NCBI GenBank assembly: GCA_043797815.1
Contig: JAZDPG010000063.1
Span: 85,232 to 149,231, forward strand
Length of the DNA: 64,000 nucleotides
Direction of reading: 5' to 3'
DNA from: Bacteroidota bacterium
GTDB taxonomy: Bacteria > Bacteroidota > Bacteroidia > Bacteroidales > GCA-2748055
The position numbers were made by a program, and so were the translations under genes. Below the pieces are notes generated by a model. The model did no database searches, was not told the DNA's origin, and was given only the letters and a program-made list of their open reading frames with translations. The number at the start of each line of letters is the position of its first letter. The stretch's first letter is position 1. Positions 57,274 to 64,000 of this stretch are shown piece after piece.

Positions 57274-58191
57274 TTAACCCCGGGTAATTTCCCGGAATAC
57301 CTCTTCAAGGCTCATCTCTTTCAGCGAAAGAGACAGTATTATAAGGCCTTGATTTACAGCAAAATTAAAGATTTCACCTCTGATATCCCTGGCTTCACTG
57401 GTTTCCAGAAGGAATTGGTTCCCTTCCAGGGATCTGACATGGGTGATAAAACCGAGATTATTCCATAGTGCGGGATCAACAGAGGTGCTCAGTTCCACAT
57501 GAATGGTTTGGATCAGGCCGGCGCCTTTCTCTTTCAGGGAGGCCGATTGAGCGTCCGCCACTATCTTTCCCTGGTTGATAATAAGCACCCTGTCACAGAT
57601 GGCATCAACTTCCTGCATAATGTGGGTGGAAAGAAGAACAGTTTTCTCTTTTCCAATGGAGGAAATCAGGGACCGGATCTCCACCAGCTGGTTTGGATCA
57701 AGGCCAGTGGTAGGCTCGTCCAGGATAAGAATCCCGGGATCATGAATGAGGGCCTGGGCAAGACCAACCCGCTGCCTGAATCCTTTGGAGAGTTTCACAA
57801 TCTTCTTGTGGACTTCCGGGGTCAGGCCCGTCATGCGGATTACCTCTTCAATACGTTCTTTTCTTTCCCTGCCTTTTATTCCATAAAGACCGGCTGCATA
57901 GGCCAGGTACTCCCGGATATACATTTCCAGATAGAGCGGATTGTGCTCGGGCAGGTAGCCGATGATCTTCCGGATGTCTTTCTGGTTTTCAGATACACAT
58001 CGTCCATTAATCTCCACGCTTCCTGTATCGGGCCGCACTGTCCCGGTGATAATCTTCATGGTGGTGGATTTGCCTGCACCATTTGGTCCAATGAAACCAA
58101 CCACCTCTCCGGTGTGAACACTGAAAGAAACATGGTCAACCGCCAGTTGCGAACCGTATGCCTTTGTAATACCTTCTACAATGATTGACAT
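57274..58191 (-). CDS. gldA: gliding-motility-associated ABC transporter ATP-binding subunit GldA
   Basis: 305 aa; MSIIVEGITKAYG...GFIGPNGAGKSTTMKIITG...IGYLPEHNPLYLEMYIREYL closely resembles GldA as I remember it. Confidence 0.7.
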   Translation of the reverse strand: MSIIVEGITKAYGSQLAVDHVSFSVHTGEVVGFIGPNGAGKSTTMKIITGTVRPDTGSVEINGRCVSENQKDIRKIIGYLPEHNPLYLEMYIREYLAYAAGLYGIKGRERKERIEEVIRMTGLTPEVHKKIVKLSKGFRQRVGLAQALIHDPGILILDEPTTGLDPNQLVEIRSLISSIGKEKTVLLSTHIMQEVDAICDRVLIINQGKIVADAQSASLKEKGAGLIQTIHVELSTSVDPALWNNLGFITHVRSLEGNQFLLETSEARDIRGEIFNFAVNQGLIILSLSLKEMSLEEVFREITRG

Positions 58192-58266
58192 GATGGCCAG
58201 GCAGTTAGGTGTTTGCTACGCAAACGTTAGGAGATAGGAAGCAGACAAAACCTGCGATATGGATCA

Positions 58267-59109
58267 TTAGCCATACATGAACTGGCTTACCTTGGCGAAG
58301 TTGGATTTAGGATTGACACACATGACCGGGATCTTTTCATTGTTGGAGAGAAGGTATTGTTCCTTGGCTCCGAAAATGTAATCTACTTTCGTGATGTGTT
58401 TGGTTGTGGTGATCATGATCATGTCTGCCTGGATCTTCTTTGAAAATGAAAGGATCTCCTTTTGAAAATTCCCCGACTTCTTGGATTCGTTTATTTCGTA
58501 GTCAATGTTGTTCTGGATCAGAAACCGTATGGCAAAGTTCAGGTTAACATTGACCTTTTTCTGAAGGTTTTTATCAGATACCGGTGCTTTGTAAAGGTGT
58601 ATTTTGGAGTTCAGGTATTTCCCCAGAAAGATGGCCCATTGTAGTTTCTCCTTGTTTTCCGATTTGAAATCAATAGGGAAAACAATATCTGTATACCTGT
58701 CTTTTTTTGGCGGCTCATCCTGAACTACAATGAATGGGACCGATGATCCTGCGATGACCCTGAGTGCCCAGCTGCCGAATAATTTTTGGCCGCCTTTCAT
58801 CCCGTGGGTACCCATTACCACAAAATCAACCTTGTTATCTTCCTTCGATGCAAAGTCGGAAATCTCTTTGAATATCTTGCCATGGTGCACATAGCTGCCA
58901 ACCTCCACGCCCAGGTCATTCTTAATTTCAGCAACTGTTTTACGGAGCTTTTCACCGGCTGTTTCTACTTCAGAAGGATTCTTCACAATATGAAACAACA
59001 AGATGTTGTATTTCACAATTTGTGACATCCTGATGGCATGCTTGAGCGCATAATAAGAAACAGGGGAAAAATCCCAGGTAACCATGATGGTCTTCTTCAC
59101 TTGCTCCAT
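58267..59109 (-). CDS. universal stress protein (tandem UspA domains)
   Basis: 280 aa; two Usp-like halves (VMGTHGMKG..., MIMITTTKH...). Confidence 0.75.
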   Translation of the reverse strand: MEQVKKTIMVTWDFSPVSYYALKHAIRMSQIVKYNILLFHIVKNPSEVETAGEKLRKTVAEIKNDLGVEVGSYVHHGKIFKEISDFASKEDNKVDFVVMGTHGMKGGQKLFGSWALRVIAGSSVPFIVVQDEPPKKDRYTDIVFPIDFKSENKEKLQWAIFLGKYLNSKIHLYKAPVSDKNLQKKVNVNLNFAIRFLIQNNIDYEINESKKSGNFQKEILSFSKKIQADMIMITTTKHITKVDYIFGAKEQYLLSNNEKIPVMCVNPKSNFAKVSQFMYG

Positions 59110-59189
59110 GGTATAAATTTTTGAAACAGTGTAAAATTAGTTGAATCTTTTTAGATTATGAAGTTAACGATTGGAATTTGATAAAATTG

Positions 59190-59197
59190 TACTTTTG
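59190..59197 (+). promoter_or_regulatory. Bacteroidota -7 promoter box (TACTTTTG)
   Basis: Exact TAnnTTTG match 23 nt upstream of the asnS ATG. Confidence 0.4.
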
Positions 59198-59219
59198 TAG
59201 CTTGCAAAAAGAAAAGTAG

Positions 59220-60608
59220 ATGAAAAGATCAACTGTGAAAGAACTGCTGGCATCCGGGGAAACAGACAGGGATGTATTGCTGAAAGGATGGGTGAGGACC
59301 AGACGTGGGAACAACCAGGTGGCTTTTATTGCCGTCAACGACGGGACCACCATTCACAATATCCAGGTGGTTGCTAACCTGGAAGCATTTTCCGATGAGA
59401 CCATGAAAAGGATTACAACCGGTTCAAGTATCAGTGTAACGGGATTGCTGGTAGAATCCCTGGGAAAGGGACAACGTGTTGAAATTCAGGCCAGGGAGCT
59501 GGTCATCCTTGGAGATTCAGATCCTGAAAAGTACCCTCTGCAGAAAAAGGGACACTCTTTTGAATTTCTCAGGGAGATCGCTCACCTGCGTTTCAGGACC
59601 AATACTTTTGGTGCTGTATTCCGGATCAGGCATGCCCTGGCATATGCCATACATAAATACTATAATGACAGGGGGTTTTATTACCTGCATACCCCCATTA
59701 TTACCGCTTCCGACGCAGAAGGAGCCGGTGCCATGTTCAAAGTAACCACCCTGGATCTGGACGGTGCTCCTAAAAACGATGACGGGGGAATCGATTTCAC
59801 ACAGGACTTTTTCGGAAGACCCACCAACCTGACCGTTTCGGGCCAGCTGGAAGGTGAACTGGGAGCACTGGCTCTCTCTTCCATCTATACATTCGGGCCC
59901 ACCTTCAGGGCAGAGAATTCCAATACACCAAGGCATGTGGCCGAATTCTGGATGATTGAGCCAGAGATGGCATTTTATGACATTACCGACAACATGGACC
60001 TGGCCGAGGATTTTCTGAAGTACCTGATCAGGTATACCCTGGAAAATTGCCTTGATGATCTTGAATTCCTCAATCATATGGTGGATAAAGGACTCCTTGA
60101 ACGGCTCCGTTTTGTACTTAACCATCCATTTGTGAGAAAGACATATACCGAGGCTGTCGATATATTGATGAAATCAAATAAAAAATTTGAATTTCCTGTG
60201 AAATGGGGACTCGACCTGCAGGCAGAACATGAGAGATACCTGGTGGAGACACATTTCAAATGCCCGGTGATCCTGACCGATTACCCTAGAGATATCAAGG
60301 CATTCTATATGAAGCAGAATGATGACGGGAAAACGGTAAGGGCCATGGATGTACTGTTCCCCCAAATCGGTGAAATTATTGGCGGTTCGCAGCGTGAAGA
60401 GGTACTGGAAAAACTGCAAAACAGGATGCGTGAAATGAATATTCCTGAAGATGAATTGTGGTGGTATCTGGAAACTCGTAAATTTGGAACTGCGGAACAC
60501 AGTGGTTTTGGGCTTGGTTTCGAACGGTTGATTATGTTTGTGACAGGGATGAGCAACATCAGGGATGTGATCCCGTTTCCAAGGACACCCAAAAGTGCCG
60601 AGTTTTAA
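59220..60608 (+). CDS. asnS: asparagine-tRNA ligase
   Basis: 462 aa; class II aaRS motifs ([30 protein letters not shown]), C-terminal PFPRTP. Confidence 0.95.
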   Translation: MKRSTVKELLASGETDRDVLLKGWVRTRRGNNQVAFIAVNDGTTIHNIQVVANLEAFSDETMKRITTGSSISVTGLLVESLGKGQRVEIQARELVILGDSDPEKYPLQKKGHSFEFLREIAHLRFRTNTFGAVFRIRHALAYAIHKYYNDRGFYYLHTPIITASDAEGAGAMFKVTTLDLDGAPKNDDGGIDFTQDFFGRPTNLTVSGQLEGELGALALSSIYTFGPTFRAENSNTPRHVAEFWMIEPEMAFYDITDNMDLAEDFLKYLIRYTLENCLDDLEFLNHMVDKGLLERLRFVLNHPFVRKTYTEAVDILMKSNKKFEFPVKWGLDLQAEHERYLVETHFKCPVILTDYPRDIKAFYMKQNDDGKTVRAMDVLFPQIGEIIGGSQREEVLEKLQNRMREMNIPEDELWWYLETRKFGTAEHSGFGLGFERLIMFVTGMSNIRDVIPFPRTPKSAEF

Positions 60609-60618
60609 TTAAACAGAG

Positions 60619-62067
60619 ATGCTTAAACAGAGGCTCCAGCAAAAGTTACTACAAAAGCTTTCCCCGCAACAAATCCAAATGATTAAGTTGCTGGAAATCC
60701 CTGCAATACAGCTGGAGCAGCGAATAAAGAAAGAACTTGAAGAGAACCCTGTGCTTGAGGAGGGAGCTGAAGATCCCTATGCGGAGCAGGAGAATGGGAA
60801 AGAAGAGACTCCCGCCGAACAACAGGATGAGTTTTCACTGGAAGATTATATGCAGGATGATGAAATACCAAGCTACAGGCTGAATTCACAAAATTATTCC
60901 ACCGATCAAAAGAGGGAAGAGATTCCTTTTACCATGGGAAGTTCCTTCAGGGAGCAGTTGAAGGCACAGCTGGGATTAAGGAAGCTTACAGAAGAACAGG
61001 AGGTGCTTGCAGAGTATGTGCTGGGTAACATTGATGACGATGGATACCTGCGAAGGGAGCTTGAAGCCATTGCCGATGACCTGGTATTCTCTGCTGGAGT
61101 GGAAACTTCCTATGAAGCATTGCATGAAGTTCTGATGATTATTCAGGAATTTGATCCTGCCGGAGTGGGGGCCAGGAGCCTGCAAGAGTGTTTGCTGCTC
61201 CAGATAAACCGGAAAGACCTTGATGACCCTGCCACAAAACTGGCCCTTAAGATCCTGAGAAATCAATTTGAGGAGTTCACCAACAAACACTACGACAAAA
61301 TCATTCAGAGGCTCGGCATCACTGAAACAGAACTGAAGAGCGCTCTTGAAGAGATTCTCAGGCTTAATCCAAAACCGGGTGGAGCTGTGGGCGATTCCTC
61401 GGGAAAATCTTTTCATCACATAGTCCCTGATTTCGTTCTGGAAGAGGACGACGGAGAGCTTAAACTCTACCTTAATTCCAATAATGTGCCCGAACTGAGA
61501 CTCAGCAGAACATATTCCGACATGTTTGAGAGTTACAGTGCCAACAAGGCATCGGCCAGCCGGGATGAAAAGGATGCCATTACATTCGTGAAGCAGAAAC
61601 TGGACTCGGCCAGGTGGTTTATCGATGCCATCAAGCAGCGGCAAAACACAATGCTGCTTACAATGAATGCCATCCTGGAATATCAGATGGACTATTTTTA
61701 TGAAGGGGATGAAACGCGGATGCGTCCCATGATCCTGAAAGATATTGCAGATGTTACCAACCTGGACATATCTACCATATCAAGGGTTGTGAACAGCAAA
61801 TATATTCAGACCCATTTCGGGATTTTCCCGTTGAAGTTTTTTTTCTCCGAAGGGATGCAGACAGATAGCGGGGAGGAAGTCTCTACCCGTGAGATCAAGA
61901 AAATCCTTCAGAATTGTATTGGAAATGAAGATAAAAGAAAGCCTCTTACGGATGACAGGCTTTCAGCCATTCTGAATGAAAAGGGTTACCAGATCGCCAG
62001 AAGAACGGTAGCTAAATACAGAGAACAGCTGGGGCTGCCGGTTGCCAGACTCCGAAAGGAGTTATAA
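60619..62067 (+). CDS. rpoN: RNA polymerase sigma-54 factor
   Basis: 482 aa; N-terminal Q/L-rich region I, C-terminal RpoN box ARRTVAKYREQLG. Confidence 0.95.
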   Translation: MLKQRLQQKLLQKLSPQQIQMIKLLEIPAIQLEQRIKKELEENPVLEEGAEDPYAEQENGKEETPAEQQDEFSLEDYMQDDEIPSYRLNSQNYSTDQKREEIPFTMGSSFREQLKAQLGLRKLTEEQEVLAEYVLGNIDDDGYLRRELEAIADDLVFSAGVETSYEALHEVLMIIQEFDPAGVGARSLQECLLLQINRKDLDDPATKLALKILRNQFEEFTNKHYDKIIQRLGITETELKSALEEILRLNPKPGGAVGDSSGKSFHHIVPDFVLEEDDGELKLYLNSNNVPELRLSRTYSDMFESYSANKASASRDEKDAITFVKQKLDSARWFIDAIKQRQNTMLLTMNAILEYQMDYFYEGDETRMRPMILKDIADVTNLDISTISRVVNSKYIQTHFGIFPLKFFFSEGMQTDSGEEVSTREIKKILQNCIGNEDKRKPLTDDRLSAILNEKGYQIARRTVAKYREQLGLPVARLRKEL

Positions 62068-62076
62068 GCACAAGAA

Positions 62077-62682
62077 ATGAAATCAGCAGCACGGTTCCTC
62101 TCATTCCTTTTTCATCCCCTGCTCATGCCCACGCTGGGTTTGTTGCTGATCCTGAATTCAGGAACCTACCTTTCATTGCTTGATCCTGCTGCCAAAAAGG
62201 CGATCATCTTTGTGATGGCACTGGGCACCATTTTTTTCCCGATCATGATGCTGCCCATTCTCTATTACAGAAACCTCATTACCTCATTGAAGGACGCCTC
62301 CCGGGAGGAGAAACTGATTTCGTATCTGGTCATCCTGGTCCTCTACGTGATTACCTTTGCATATTTGGGAAGGTTGCCATTGAGCAGGTTCGTACACGCT
62401 TATGTCCTGTCCATGCCGGTCCTGTTGTTTATTATACTTCTTATAGGTCTGAAATTTAACATATGTGCACACATGGCTGCACTGGGGGGTATGGCAGGAT
62501 TGATAGTAACCCTTATTCTGTATTATGAGACTCCGCTTCAGTGGGTCCTTATTTTCTCCCTGACTGCCTCGGGATTGACAGGAACGGCAAGACTGATTTC
62601 CGGTGTACAGCGTCCGCTGGAGATCTATTCTGGTTTTCTGCTTGGATTTGTAGTGGTACTGGCTACTCTTCTGCTTTACTGA
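62077..62682 (+). CDS. integral membrane protein (degenerate PAP2-like?)
   Basis: 201 aa, about 6 TM segments; CAHMAALGG...RLISGVQRP loosely PAP2-like. Confidence 0.55.
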   Translation: MKSAARFLSFLFHPLLMPTLGLLLILNSGTYLSLLDPAAKKAIIFVMALGTIFFPIMMLPILYYRNLITSLKDASREEKLISYLVILVLYVITFAYLGRLPLSRFVHAYVLSMPVLLFIILLIGLKFNICAHMAALGGMAGLIVTLILYYETPLQWVLIFSLTASGLTGTARLISGVQRPLEIYSGFLLGFVVVLATLLLY

Positions 62683-63043
62683 CCTCCTCCTCCCGGTCAA
62701 TTTCATCCATCATGATATTCAGCTTTCTGAGGACTTCGCTGTAGACCTGGTCAAGCAGTTCGGGATGCCTGCTGTAGGCATACATGGTGGTATCAAACTT
62801 TTGCAGGGTTATATGGTGTTTTTCCAGAATGGGGCCCAATACATCAACGGAATCTACCAGGCTATACCTCCGGTAGAACTTGCGGTCGTTGGTGATTCCG
62901 TCCACAAGGTGAATATCAACCAATACATCCACCAGCACCTCCTGGGGCACAAACGCTTTTCCGGAAAGCTCCTTCTTATTTAAACATCCTGGCAGGATAA
63001 CAAGAACGAAGAGAAGAAAGATACTCAGCTTACGGATCGGCAT
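62663..63043 (-). CDS. DUF4296-like lipoprotein
   Basis: 126 aa; lipobox ILPGC; LVDVLVDIHLVDG motif as remembered for DUF4296. Confidence 0.6.
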   Translation of the reverse strand: MPIRKLSIFLLFVLVILPGCLNKKELSGKAFVPQEVLVDVLVDIHLVDGITNDRKFYRRYSLVDSVDVLGPILEKHHITLQKFDTTMYAYSRHPELLDQVYSEVLRKLNIMMDEIDREEEVSKAEE

Positions 63044-63048
63044 CGCAG

Positions 63049-63945
63049 TTATTTGATATCGTTAAAACGGTACCCGATCATGATTTCGTGTGTGCCTGTA
63101 TTGTATTTCCGAAGGGCGGTGATCCCGATATCGTAGGCATATCCAAACAGGAATGTTTCTTCATAGCTGTATCCGATCAGGATGGATACGGCGTCCTGGA
63201 GCCGGTATGAAACACCACCCCACACCATTTTTTTCCAGTCCACCCTGGCTGTTATATCGAAACTCAGCTCTCTGGGTGCAGTTCCCTTGATCATCACCGA
63301 GGGCTCCAGGGTCCAGTCCCCATCAATTTCATAGCGGTACCCTCCCGTTAAATTGATGTGTGTTTTAAGCCTGTTCAGCCCGTCTTTGTTTTCATAGATT
63401 TTCACATTGTTATTCAGGAGCTGTGCCAGTGAGAGTCCCACATAGAAATCTTCGGCATAGAGGTAGGCGCCCAGCCCGGCATCAGGCATATAGGAGGTAC
63501 TCACCATGTTCAGGATGCTTGGATCAGAGACATCTTTCGGATTCAGCTGGGTCCCGTCGATCCGGTACTGCATCATACTGAGGTAAATTCCCATGGAGAG
63601 CCGCATCTCCGTGTTGATGGCAATGTTGTACGCATAGGCGCCCGTGAATCCTGTCCTGCTGGTAGGACCCGTTACATCGTTATAAATGTATCCGCCGTAA
63701 CCCATGTCAAGCTTTTCGTGCGGACCGTAGAAAGAGATGGAGTTGGTCAGGGGCGGATCGGTCAGCCCTACCCACTGAAAACGGTGGTTGGTCCGTATCT
63801 GGTAGTAATTATAAACGCCGGCAATGGCCGGATTGATCACAAAGTCATTGAACATATACTGTGTGTATTGGGGCATCTGTTGTCCCCACAGGCTTCCTGA
63901 ACCCGCAATCATTGCTAAAAATAGTATGGTGGCGATCTTTCTCAT
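63049..63945 (-). CDS. PorP/SprF-family type IX secretion system membrane protein
   Basis: 298 aa; signal peptide then QQMPQYTQYMFNDFVINPAIAG, the PorP/SprF hallmark. Confidence 0.9.
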   Translation of the reverse strand: MRKIATILFLAMIAGSGSLWGQQMPQYTQYMFNDFVINPAIAGVYNYYQIRTNHRFQWVGLTDPPLTNSISFYGPHEKLDMGYGGYIYNDVTGPTSRTGFTGAYAYNIAINTEMRLSMGIYLSMMQYRIDGTQLNPKDVSDPSILNMVSTSYMPDAGLGAYLYAEDFYVGLSLAQLLNNNVKIYENKDGLNRLKTHINLTGGYRYEIDGDWTLEPSVMIKGTAPRELSFDITARVDWKKMVWGGVSYRLQDAVSILIGYSYEETFLFGYAYDIGITALRKYNTGTHEIMIGYRFNDIK

Positions 63946-63946
63946 A

Positions 63947-64000
63947 CTATCTGATTATCGTTACATTACCTGTTATGGGACTTGCTCCGCTATAGGGAAT
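63947..64000 (-). CDS. 3-prime end of a gene for a probable T9SS type B C-terminal-domain protein (partial)
   Basis: Reverse-strand frame reads ...IPYSGASPITGNVTIIR then stop (cta at 63947-63949), 1 nt upstream of porP/sprF start. The ...G.VT.IR ending and the position fit type B CTD cargo. Confidence 0.45.
   Translation of the reverse strand: MPYSGASPITGNVTIIR

Noticed and set aside
57499-58188. 229-aa plus-strand ORF
   Set aside because: It is antisense to gldA (Walker motifs on the minus strand).
59517-60125. 202-aa minus-strand ORF
   Set aside because: It is antisense to asnS.
60976-61644. 222-aa minus-strand ORF
   Set aside because: It is antisense to rpoN.
1-64000. Search for CRISPR arrays, tRNA/rRNA genes, IS elements, integrases, and prophage or toxin-antitoxin pairs
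   Set aside because: No intergenic region exceeds about 360 nt, and the largest is the riboswitch. I saw no regularly spaced direct repeats, no cloverleaf-like sequences and no transposase or recombinase motifs in any long ORF.

Overview
Dense, almost entirely coding 64-kb chromosomal stretch that looks like a Bacteroidota genome. Supporting signs are gldA, PorP/SprF, type A and type B T9SS C-terminal sorting domains, a fused secDF, and TAnnTTTG -7 promoter boxes. I call about 55 protein genes, one cobalamin riboswitch, two clear intrinsic terminators and one disrupted gene. I saw no rRNA, tRNA, CRISPR array, transposase or integrase. Most genes are housekeeping (metK, ribE, asnS, rpoN, mdh, gpmI, secDF, tatA) or exported hydrolases and oxidoreductases. 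Two accessory stretches stand out. (1) 4.0-10.4 kb is a B12-riboswitch-led four-gene operon. In it, two T9SS-sorted surface or secreted proteins precede a BtuB-like TonB-dependent receptor and a BtuG-like beta-propeller lipoprotein. (2) 13.9-24.1 kb is a partly AT-richer island with no mobility genes. It holds two paralogous nSTAND-type P-loop NTPases, each with a single transmembrane segment and an unrelated, presumably periplasmic C-terminal region (a WD40 propeller in one; coiled coil + GldM/PorM-like domain + TPR in the other). The island also holds a 349-aa unknown protein with a HEPN-like RNxxxH motif, an 8-TM protein, a relic of a third NTPase 5-prime end, and a TPR-PP2C phosphatase. 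This island is my best candidate for an undescribed system, either a trans-envelope STAND sensor or a conflict or signalling module. Its function is inference only. All family assignments rest on motifs recognised by eye, not on database searches.
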